From the NCBI GenBank assembly GCA_965285935.1, contig OZ260666.1:22320001-22384000 (forward strand): 64,000 bases of DNA, given 5' to 3'. This document shows, in pieces, positions 21,623 through 32,510 of this stretch. Source of the stretch: Ophelia neglecta (Eukaryota). Each line of letters opens with the position of its first letter. Position 1 is the first letter of the stretch. A program made the translations under genes and the position numbers. The notes under the pieces were generated by a model. It worked only from the letters and a program-made list of their open reading frames with translations. It was not told the origin of the DNA and did no database searches.

Positions 21623-22779
21623 TCGTTGAGAGGCCATTGACCAGACTAACCATACTTAAAAACAGCGACAACATTTCTTTTTGTTAGTGGATATTAATTT
21701 ATAAATTAAATCGACTATAGCGAACCGAACTATTATGATTATATTTTTCGTTCAAGGTCAATTAAAAGGCCGATCCCGAGGGTTGGAAATATCCGTACCC
21801 CGCCGTTTTATGGGTATATTACAGTGTGTATAGCGTACAGTAATATAATGTATTATCACGATGGTCATACGGTACGTCCACTGGCCGGGTACCGAATAGG
21901 TATTTTACCGCTGCACAGTAAAGTGACGACCGCTTCACGGTAAAGCAGGCTGCGGGGAAAGAAGCCGATCGCGTAAAATGCAAACTTCCAGAAATAGAAA
22001 AACGGCATTTTATGTTACCATGTTTCAATGTCAATACATGATTATCCACATAATAACGTTTTGTCCGGATAAAATCGTTTATTGTTGTCCTAATAATTCT
22101 GACGGAAAGACCATTTTCGACCACCCTTCTGATAAAAGTTGTGCCTTGTGAAATGTACGGTGATATGGGTTAATTGATTGAATTTCCAACTTATGGCTAA
22201 GATTTTATTGTCCAGGGTGATAATAAAGTCGACTGGCATCTGTTTACTTTGAAGAAGATATGATTTATAATATTTATGATATATAATTTTTTGGGGAAAT
22301 TCTAGTATGCGTATTAGCTATCATTATATATGGTGTTAATGTCTCAGCCACATTGTGCCCCGGACGAATATGAGATATCAGGCGATTTCCCTACCTCCCG
22401 GACGCCGGTGTCACGTTCAAAACTTTCTGCAAAACTACGGCAAAACTACGGCAACCTTGCGTGTTAGGCCCACTCGACACTGTATGGTCCAGGATAACCT
22501 TCCTTTTTAGTCTATAAAAACCTCCAGAGACCATCAGACACCTCTGAAGACCGCAGGGGACCTTAAGATATACCCACGGTGCTTCTACTGCACTCTGCCG
22601 GTGACCTCCGACGCTTTTCTTTGAGCTATAAAATCGGCCGGCCGTTGAAACATTATAACTCAGTGTTAAGCACCCCAGCCCAAGGTTTAAACATATTCAA
22701 TGTGACTGTGACCGCACGACATTACCTGTGTCCGCCGTGACGTTCTATTTCGAAATAAATTATAAGGCATTTCACAACT

Positions 22780-23470
22780 CAGAATTTCCTTTTGACAATC
22801 ACCTCATCATATTCGAATAGAAATAAAAGGAGTTGTCCTCTCGTTTACTTTTACAAAGTAAGGCAGCCCAACTCGACTATCGTCCAGTTATCAGTTGGTC
22901 TTCTTCAATAACTCATTTTCTATTCAATGCTGCCCATAAGATATGGCGTCCCGCAGGGATCGATCGTAGGACCACTCCTTTTCTTCACATATGTCAATGA
23001 TTTACATCGTGATAAGTATAACTAAACTAAGTATATGATCTTTCGCAATCCACAAAAATTCCTGGGGATTTGGTTTGACAATCCACAAAAATTCCTGGGG
23101 ATCTGGTTTGACAAACACTTAAACTGGAAATATAACACCGATGTGCTCATCACGATCAACAATGCGTTAATTCACTCTTAGTTAACACTCGGAATTCTTG
23201 TATGGATGAACGAATGCCAAAAATGAACATCAATAGGCTGTTCTCACTACATAAACGTTCTATTCGCATTATAAATAGGTCTCATTTTATTGCATATACC
23301 GAACTTTTTAAAAAGCTACGCATTCTGAAACTGCCAGACCTTTACATCATCCAGGGGGTCAAGTTATATTCTTATGTTATATGTAAAAATGTCCTCCTTT
23401 TTTATCCACTGTCTGACACCTACAATGACTCACACCCATAATACTCGCCAAAGGCCGCGCATTCATTTTG
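22780..23470 (+). mobile_element. Decayed CR1-group LINE RT/3' fragment
   Basis: Translates to GVPQGSIVGPLLFFTYVNDL, KFLGIWFD (33-bp tandem duplication at 23047-23112) and LHKRSIRIIN; contains stops and deletions. Confidence 0.8.
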
Positions 23471-24979
23471 GAAGGGCACGTACAAATGTGCGTTCGACAA
23501 ATAAACTCATCGGGTAAGAACCAGAAGATAAAAACGGGGAGTGGATACCCGGTAGACAAGCCAAAATCATTGGTCTAGAAGAGTCCATTAAATCAGTACG
23601 AAATCTTCAGGAGCCAGCGGCCGCAGCAACCCACACAAAGCAACATTCATGAAAATGGCCGAAAAGTTATTAAACAAGCGATGAATGAGCAGTGGCTAGA
23701 TGGAGTAGTGACTAGTAGTACGAATAAGAGTGAATATGAAATCCCCATATGCAAACAGGGAGGAGTAAGTCTAACAGTTTCTGTGGAATTAGGCGAAAAT
23801 AAATGTATGGGAATATTAGATAAAGTACTACATATCACAATACTGAATGAATAGCCAGGATCTTGATGCCAAAGTTACAAACTGACAAAAAGGTTACATT
23901 ACGAGGGTCGTTATTATGTCAATATGATTCCAGAATATTTAATATAATAGAAAAGAATATTTAATATAATAGAAGGATAAGAATATTAAATTGTTATCTA
24001 CAGAGCTCCAATGAATGATGATCTCCTATAAGATTATAAGTATTGCATGGTTTGGAGTTGAGGGTGGCACTCGCACTAGTCAGTGTTCCATGAGGCGAGC
24101 CAGATCAAAAAAACAGACGAGTTAGTAGTAAAATTAGGACAGAGATAAAAAAAAATGCCCCGAAGAGCATTTGAAGGATTGAAGAGATAGCATCTAAATA
24201 CTACATTGTTAGTATACCTCACCTCAACAGATAAATTAATCTTGGAAACAGAGCCTCCTACAGCTGTACAGGAGCTGAATTACATCAATTACAAAATGGA
24301 CAAAAAAAATAGGCATTTCCAAGGAATGTGATTCCGAATGTCAAGAATTGCACTACACAAAAGGTACTGTTAGCGGTGGTAAATTTCACTTAACATTACA
24401 GATAATATCTACTTTCTTGGTAAAGACCATCACAGCCAGACTTTGCTTATGGGCTTCAAGAACATAGAGGGTCAATTGGCCAGGGGGCTAGAAAATAATC
24501 ACAGAATGATGTAGAAATGTGCATAGAAAAGGCTCCCAACAGGCAGATGCAGACGCTTTGAGTCGCCTAACAGAAATACTGGACAACTTTAATTGTTACC
24601 CAGCAAGATTCAAAATCAGGCCATTGCCTGTTGGTGGATGTTCTTACTGCTAGAGAACCATAAAACTGGGCATGGATGACGTGAACGACCACTCCGACGT
24701 CAATTATGTAAATGTAGATATACGACAATTTTTACAGCTCACGGGGTGGCAGTACAAAAAAACGCACCAACAAAAGTTCCAGAAGATACCGCAGAATACC
24801 TAAGAGACGAGGTTGCTACTTAAGAAAATACAGAGGAAGAACCGGAAGAGGAGCTGCCAATGGAAGAACCTATTGCAGCAATTGGTAGAGGCCCTGGAGA
24901 GACTACAATAAATGATCATTTCACGTATTCACAACATAAACCCATTACAAACAAAATACCAATCAAAGTACTTAGCCAT

Positions 24980-27900
24980 AGGATATCAGCTATACTGAGA
25001 GGCCTGATTTGGGTGTTTCTAATAATTATGTGGAAAGCTGTTTTGCTGAAATTGAGAATAATGGCAGGTCTGATACAGTTATTGGTATTGTTTATCGTCC
25101 CCCCGGGACAGATCCGGACTTATTTAATGATCTTATTAATGACGTGGTCAGTAAAATTAAAGCTGAACATAAACACTGTATAATTTTTGGAGACTTTAAC
25201 CTAAATCTCCTGAATTACGATACCCACAGGGGAACCCAGGAATTTGTTAATAATATGTTCTCTAATTCTATGTTGCCAGCTATTGTCAAACCCACTCGAG
25301 TTACCAAACAAAGTGCTACCCTCATTGACAATATATTCCTGGATGTTGTTGGACTTGATAATTCCTTACAGGGAGTTTTCCATTGTGATATATCTGATCA
25401 CTTCCCAGTTTTTTTTATTGATTATTCATTAACCGTCAAGCAAAACCCCCAAAGACCTGTGCAGAGAAGGAAATTCGGTCCTAAGAATATAGAAAAGTTT
25501 GGTAAATGTTTATCAGTACCGGGTCTGTGGTCAAACATTTATTCTGCCAATAGTACTCAGCAGGCCTACACCAGATTTCACGAGTGCATGACAACCACAT
25601 TTGATCAATGTTTCCCTTTTTCCACATCAAACGGATCAGTGTATCGTAACAGAAAGCCCTGGTTGACGGAGGGATTGAAAAAGTCGATTACTACAAAAAT
25701 TAGACTTTATATAATTAGTAAGAAATATCCTTCCACTACAAATATTAAGCAATACAAACTCTTTAATAATAAATTAGTGTCTTTATTGCGACTCCAAGAA
25801 AAAAACTATTACCATACACGACTTCAGAACTCTAGTAATAATTTAAAATGTTCATGGCAAATTATCAAAGAAGTTATCAACAAAAGAAAACCCAATAAAA
25901 AACAAGACTTTTTTTTAATTAATAATAAAAAGGTTACTGATCCTAGAACCATCGCTGATGGATTTAATGACTTTTTCGTAAATGTGGGCCCATCATTGGC
26001 AGCATCCTTTCCTTCGACCAATGATATTTCACTAGATTATTCAAATGTAAATAGTATTTTCATTGAACAAACATCAGTAAAAGAAATAGGTCAGATTTTA
26101 AATTCCCTTAGGGATAGCAGCGCTGGATGGGATGGTTTTACTGCTAAAGTGATGAAACAAGTAATCTCTTCATATGTTCAGCCGCTGACTTATATTATTA
26201 ATATATCACTACAAGAGGGTATTGTACCAGATGAATTAAAAATTGCTCGTGTTGTACCTATATTTAAGGGTGCTGATCCATCTCTGTGCACAAATTATAG
26301 ACCTGTATCAGTGCTACCCATCTTCTCAAAGGTTTTTGAGAGAATAATGTGTAGCAGGCTACTCTCTTTTATTAATGATAATAATTTACTATATGGTAAA
26401 CAATTTGGATTTAGAGAAGGTCATTCCACTAATATGGCTTTAATCCTCCTAACTGATCACATCTCGCGAGCCATTGAGGGTGGTGACTGTGTCTTAGGCC
26501 TGTTTCTAGATTTCTCTAAGGCCTTTGACACAGTCAACCACAATATCCTGATGGATAAATTATGCAAATATGGCATAAGAGGACAAGCCCATAAATGGCT
26601 TAAAAATTATCTTTCTAATCGATCTCAATTTGTGGATTATGATGGTGCTTTCTCGCAGTCCAAACTTATACAATGTGGTGTCCCACAAGGTTCTGTATTG
26701 GGCCCAATTCTTTTCATTCTATACATAAATGATCTTGCAAAAGTATCACAAATTATAGAAATTATACTCTTTGCCGATGATTCCAATGCTTTCATCACAG
26801 GGAAAAATGCAAATGACCTAATTACAAAGGTCAATGCAGAAATCCCTAAGATAACTAAATGGCTTGAAATAAATAAGCTTACGCTGAATATTAAAAAGAC
26901 ACATTTTATGATATTTAAGAGTAGTCGAAAAAAATTTCTATGTATTAATGGATTATTAATTAAAGGACAACCAATTGACCAAGTCGAGTCGACAAAGTTT
27001 CTAGGGGTCATGCTTGACTCAACTCTCTCTTGGAGTCAACACACTCAATATATTAAAGGCAAGGTAGCCAAAGGTATTGGTATTATTACTAAAGCCAGAA
27101 AATTTCTTTACACCTCTACACTCCGAACTTTATATTTTTCTTTCGTGTACCCATATTTTATATATTGCAACGAGGTATGGGGTAATGCCTGTAAGAAATA
27201 CCTTGACCCTCTTACTAAACTACAAAAGAGAGCAATAAGATTGGTGGCTGGATGTTCTAGAAAGGAGCATACAGAACCCTTGTTCTCTGATCTACAAATT
27301 TTGACGATAGGTAAAATTCACATCCAATGCAACCAAATTATAATTTACAAATACTTGCATGGTAAATTGCCTCACCCTTTGTTATGTTTATTTAAGTTGA
27401 ATGCCGAAACGCATGGATATGGTACTAGGCAATCCGGCAACATTCATCTCCCTCAAGTTAAAACTGAACTTACACTTAAATCGTTTGTATATAACAGTGC
27501 GGCTAGCTATAACCAAATCTCAAAGGTCTTGGATTACAATGTCGGTCTTCCAACCTTTAAACGTCATCTGAGGAAATATGTGCTCAGTGTTTAAAAAATA
27601 ATTCTCTTTGTGTATAATTACTTTTTTATTTTTTTATTTTTTTTTTTTCAGAGTAAATTCATATACTTGTCATTTTTTATTTTGCGTGTAATGTTATACA
27701 CAGGCTTGATGTTCGTGACTGTTTATGGAATATCTTAGATGCAGAGAGTATTGTGCTGCTGTTACTGCAGTATTTAAACTTATCTATTTGCATAGTGGAT
27801 TTACAGGCTGGGTGCGGCGTGGGCATGCCCAGCGATTGCAACCGGGTTGCGGTTGCTGGGCCTGTCCATGCCGTATTTATTTATTCATATTTATGTTTTT

Positions 27901-28258
27901 GGTGTGTGTGGTTCTGGGGCCGTCGCGGCGGGGGGTCTGGGGCCGGCGGGGGGCGGGGGGGGCTCGCTTTTGCGGGGTCTTCCTCTGCCCTGGCTGCCGT
28001 CTCCTGCTCTCCTGCTGTGGTGGCTCTAGAAAAAACATTCCCCTTCTTGTGGATATGGAGCTTTGATTTGATTTTTTTTTTTCCTGCACTTGTATGCACC
28101 ATCTTGTTATTTGAAGATTTCTACCGGTATTTGTGGGGCCAATAAGCTTAATGCTTTCTTGCCCCAGGGTATTCAGCTTTATTTATATCTAATATGTATT
28201 GTCAAATATTATGTATGTATGTATATATTGCGGTCTGTGTATCCAATAAACATTATTA
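24980..28258 (+). mobile_element. 5'-truncated CR1-group LINE insertion with 8-bp TSD
   Basis: TSD ttagccat at 24972-24979 and 28259-28266; 3' stem-loop ggggc...gcccc (28135-28165); AATAAA followed by an (ATT)n tail. Confidence 0.88.
25009..27594 (+). CDS. LINE ORF2: C-terminal half of the APE endonuclease plus reverse transcriptase (frame open from 24982)
   Basis: EN motifs VYRPP, GDFN, TLID, SDH; RT motifs NYRPVSVL, DFSKAFDTV, GVPQGSVLGP, FADD. No internal stops. Confidence 0.93.
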   Translation: MGVSNNYVESCFAEIENNGRSDTVIGIVYRPPGTDPDLFNDLINDVVSKIKAEHKHCIIFGDFNLNLLNYDTHRGTQEFVNNMFSNSMLPAIVKPTRVTKQSATLIDNIFLDVVGLDNSLQGVFHCDISDHFPVFFIDYSLTVKQNPQRPVQRRKFGPKNIEKFGKCLSVPGLWSNIYSANSTQQAYTRFHECMTTTFDQCFPFSTSNGSVYRNRKPWLTEGLKKSITTKIRLYIISKKYPSTTNIKQYKLFNNKLVSLLRLQEKNYYHTRLQNSSNNLKCSWQIIKEVINKRKPNKKQDFFLINNKKVTDPRTIADGFNDFFVNVGPSLAASFPSTNDISLDYSNVNSIFIEQTSVKEIGQILNSLRDSSAGWDGFTAKVMKQVISSYVQPLTYIINISLQEGIVPDELKIARVVPIFKGADPSLCTNYRPVSVLPIFSKVFERIMCSRLLSFINDNNLLYGKQFGFREGHSTNMALILLTDHISRAIEGGDCVLGLFLDFSKAFDTVNHNILMDKLCKYGIRGQAHKWLKNYLSNRSQFVDYDGAFSQSKLIQCGVPQGSVLGPILFILYINDLAKVSQIIEIILFADDSNAFITGKNANDLITKVNAEIPKITKWLEINKLTLNIKKTHFMIFKSSRKKFLCINGLLIKGQPIDQVESTKFLGVMLDSTLSWSQHTQYIKGKVAKGIGIITKARKFLYTSTLRTLYFSFVYPYFIYCNEVWGNACKKYLDPLTKLQKRAIRLVAGCSRKEHTEPLFSDLQILTIGKIHIQCNQIIIYKYLHGKLPHPLLCLFKLNAETHGYGTRQSGNIHLPQVKTELTLKSFVYNSAASYNQISKVLDYNVGLPTFKRHLRKYVLSV

Positions 28259-28302
28259 TTAGCCATCAATATCTTTTACATTTGTTCAGGCTATAAACTC
28301 AC

Positions 28303-28385
28303 CTTGGGTATTTCAGTCAGTGATGTAGGTTCTTCAATGGTGACCCCGGGTTTCTCTGCAGTTGGGTTAATTTCTGTGTGTCGAT
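28303..28385 (-). CDS. Ankyrin gene exon 2 (DRHTEINPTAEKPGVTIEEPTSLTEIPK)
   Basis: Acceptor cttttcttatag|AT (phase 1); consensus donor AAG|GTGAGT (phase 0) fits the downstream exons. Confidence 0.6.
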
Positions 28386-29787
28386 CTATAAGAAAAGCGA
28401 AGAGCACCATAAAACAGTAATTTTCGACATTTATTTCCACTAACTGTATAAGAAAATACGGTGTTTTTTCACACACAAAATACCAATAATACAAACTTTC
28501 AATATTACTAACTCAAAGAGCAGTGAATTAAAAGAGCAACACGATAGTACATTGTGTATCATCTACAAATTTTTTATGGTTAATGAGGGATCACTTCTAC
28601 GATTCCTTTTCGGATATTTAGCATATTTATATATTATTTGGTTCTATTACAATTGCTAGTGCTTAGATTAAACGATGATGCAAGTTTCGGACGACATGCG
28701 AGACTTTCTAATTATACTATTGCTTACCACTTAATTTTATATCTGGCTGGATTATTTAACCTAAACTTTCCAAGCAACTGCCTTTTCCTCCTCTGTCTCG
28801 TATCTAACACCTCCATATTGTCCTATGCATCTAACGCCAAAATATTTTCATTTGTTTTACGGTCTGTATTCATTTTGTTAACGCTTTAACTATTTACTTT
28901 AGAATGAAATGTAATTTTCCTAATATGGAATGTATCCATTTATGGGTATATATTTAGAAGTGCCTATACGTTAATCATATTGTGCTTCGTACGCCATTGG
29001 CCTTTCAACAGCAGTCAATTGGTAGCCATTTTTCACTATGTATAATACGATTTAAACCAATTAAGCGGTGAATGCCGTCAGCCTGACTTTTCCCACATAT
29101 ATTGTTTCAAAAAGCGTCTCTGATATTGCTTCCTCTATGGATTTGATCATATTACCAAGTTCTGTTTAATCTGTCACGACAGATATATTTATTCAATTAG
29201 TTATGTTTGTCTGCTTGCCTTATATATGTTAAATGAAGTTGCAGTAAATAAGACCTTCCTCATGTCCTTGTCAATTTAATGGATGATTGTCGATGTGTAA
29301 CATTTCCCAATGTCATATTCACTTCAATGGCAAGCGTTGCTGCATCTAATTCAAATAAAATTGCTTTGATAATTTAGGACATGTTACTCTTATTTGTAAA
29401 GTATTGAAACAGTTAAATGGAATTAAGCATATCACAGGCGCTCGTGCGATTATCATTGATGACGGATGTGACGCGCGTGTACTTATGTGATTGTGTGATT
29501 GTAGGATTCGTGGCTGAAGAGACCTAAGATTTGGAATATATTTGGACCATATTGTCTTTACTTCTCAGACTTATGCAAATTTTACATATAACAAGGCTGC
29601 CTTTTTATGCTGATTTCTTAGGAGCGATTTTTCTTTTTTGCCCCATGTATTCCACATCTGTCAGCACATTTTGATGATGTTGTTTCAACTTTTAGGCCCT
29701 AAGAATCATTACCGTTTGGGTTCGAACCATGTGTACCGGAACTGATTTTTTTTGCTACTTTTGTGCGGCACAATACTTCCACCCGAC

Positions 29788-29863
29788 CGTTCTTAACCAA
29801 CCTTAGTGTTTATTTTATTATCGTCCGTTCTAAACCAACCTTAGTATTTATTTTATTATCGTC
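29788..29863. repeat. 38-bp tandem duplication
   Basis: ccgttct(t/a)aaccaaccttagt(g/a)tttattttattatcgt occurs twice. Confidence 0.85.
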
Positions 29864-30377
29864 CTGAATTCTATTCTTGACCTCTATCTGGACCCATATC
29901 AATGTTCTCTTATCTGTTCAAATTTTTTTAAAATACGATCGGTTGTTCAATCCATAACTTAGGTTTAAAAACCTAAACATATCGGTGACGCTCGCCGAGA
30001 GGCAATGTTGGCATATTTAGCGGGACTTTTCATTAAATCTTTCAAAGCTATGGCAATCAGCTGGATGGACACCAGATAAATATATCACAAACATCTGAGC
30101 TTATTTAACTGTAGGATACTCAATAGATTAATATACGTCTGTCATGACTAGCCTCCGACAAATTGACCAAAATGTGTTGACTGTTTACTGCCAAATGCTG
30201 ATGGTCGAGGTGAGAACACCATCGTAGAAAATATCCCATAAGTGTCACATCTTCTGTTGATTACATGTTACACTTATATTAATATCTTTTAATGTCTTAA
30301 TGTTAGAATAAGTTTGTGTCTATCAAGTTTCCCAGGCTCTAATAATTTACTTACCCATTATCTCTATTTCAGGATAC

Positions 30378-30411
30378 CTGGCGCGGAGCCGAGACACCAT
30401 CTGCTGCCCAT
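30378..30411 (-). CDS. Ankyrin gene candidate first coding exon (MGSRWCLGSAP)
   Basis: Kozak-like gagacgATGG; donor CAG|GTATCC is phase 1, matching exon 2; myristoylation-type N-terminus. Confidence 0.5.
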
Positions 30412-31614
30412 CGTCTCCCAGAGGATTGATGCACAAACTGGCAAAAATTTAAACAGAAATTGCAAATGAAGTGTTTCGTTTCGTCGATAAGATAAACAGC
30501 CAAGCCAAATGAACCATTTTGTGACACCTCATCCTATCAATGGGTTGTTAATTATCACACAAGTAACTAGCAAACCGCTCAGTTAATTATTAACTGTGAA
30601 TAATCCCAGTCGAGAACCTTGATATCGTCGATCCACGTTTTCATACATATATGCCTTCACACGGACACATTGAGCATTATCGCGGACCCGAAATTTCACC
30701 GAGCATTTTTATAGGATCTTGCAAATGTTAAGCTCATACATGGATAGGTGAATCCACTTCACTATTTAATAGTTTTCTTGATGAATGATGGAAAGTTTAA
30801 TAACCTATCCATAATAACCTGCCATTTACATGTATATTTAAATATATATTACTGATTTTGTGAATAAATTTCTAAATACAATTAGTTACAAATATTTTAA
30901 TTTCATAAAATCTGGGCGCACTGCATTATAATAAAGGGTTTGAGTTTTAGATTTCTCAGAAATTCCATTGAATGGGTAAATTCAATTATATCATATAAAT
31001 TATCATAAAACATTCTTACTAAGAAATTTCTAATATAAATGAATGTATTGTAACATGTATTACAAACATACAGTTCTCTTTCTCAAATGCATATTGTATT
31101 TCTTAGATGCTTACTATCTACTACCTAGAAGCATATACTGAAACATTTTCTACTAATACATATTACTAATAAATATTTGACAAAATATAAAACCAAGACA
31201 TGGATGTAATAATGATTTTGAATAAATGACTCAATGCATTAGTTGAAATATTAGTAATCCACGAAACCGGGCTCATTGCCATTGTATTGAAAGTTTTACA
31301 ATTTCCATGATTGTTTTAGCAGTTTTAGTATGTGTAGATTTAAATACTGATTAGTTACATCCATGTGAAAAGAGACATGTGACTCTATTTTCCACAAAGC
31401 AACTGTTTTGTACTTATTTTTACAGTATGAATGATGAGGTCATGATGATATTTGTTTACTCTAGTTATTGGTAAGGTTTTTTTCTATTATTCTGTTCGCA
31501 ACGTCTGTTATTCATAAACCCATACTGCCTCACCATATATAGTGTAGTTTCCAATATTGATACATGGAATAATAGGTTTTTTTGTTTTGCACTCCTTTAT
31601 ATTATATTAGTTTG

Positions 31615-32510
31615 GTTTAAACATATTTATTTACACCGTGATTTTTTACAATAGCAAAAGCTAATCGGGGTAAGTATCACGAGATAACGAATAAGAAATA
31701 AATATTTACAAGTTGTCACATGCGTAAGGAATATAGAGACGTATGGTGTGTGAAATGGGATGGATGGATGGATAGATGGATGGATGGATGGGTAGATGGA
31801 TGATTTGGTGCCTGCGGGGTCTACATAGATGCAAACATGTTTAGCGAATGTGACTAAGTGACAAAACGCCCAGTACTAATAATATAAGAACTAATTAAGT
31901 TGCAAAACTCTTGGGCTCTATCAGCAACGGGTCCGTAAAGGATAGTTTGGACCCAATCATTGCTGTGAATATTGTGTCTATTAAAAAATTCCATGATTGG
32001 AAGTCTGGAATTAGAATATTTTTCGCAGAATAGAAAGAAATGAGAGACACTCTCAGAGCTGGTGCCACACGGACAGGTAGGAGAGGGAATACAATGGTTA
32101 AGATAAAGATTGTGATTGAGACAGCTACAGCCAAGACGACATTGGGATAGAAAGATTTGAGTAAGTCTGCAGCCCATGAAATACCAGGCAGGAGTTTCAT
32201 GCAGGGGCCAGGAGATACGAGTTCTGAAAATGTTTTTGCTCCGACTGGTTCTAATCGATAATGCCAATTTATTCCATTCCGAAATTGCTAAAAGAAAAAA
32301 AAAATTCTGATAATGTTGTGTGCGAAAACGAGGCATGGGCACCCTCAAATTGGAAACACTACGGGTAAAGAGAGTTACCTGAGGCAGGGTAAGTAGGAAA
32401 TTACTAAGGTACTAAGGAGTGGAGCCATTATAAATATCATAGAATTTACAAAGAACAGATCGATGCGGTCGAGAAGCAAGACTTACCCAACCCACTTCAT
32501 TTAACAGAAT
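31615..32510 (-). mobile_element. 3' fragment of a CR1/L2-group LINE, flanked by ~165-bp direct repeats
   Basis: ORF 31854-32348 has EWNKL, RLGCSCLN and CPCG..E...HFFLFC, typical of an ORF2 C-terminus. (GGAT)n at ~31757-31802. Flanking repeats 31448-31614 and 32511-32676. Confidence 0.85.

Noticed and set aside
27725-28145. Several GC-rich short ORFs
   Set aside because: Lie within the LINE 3' UTR, between the ORF2 stop and the tail.
30115-30480. Possible + strand exons (acceptors at 30114 and 30372, donor at 30210)
   Set aside because: No coherent ORF. Could be non-coding or antisense exons, but this cannot be supported without RNA data.
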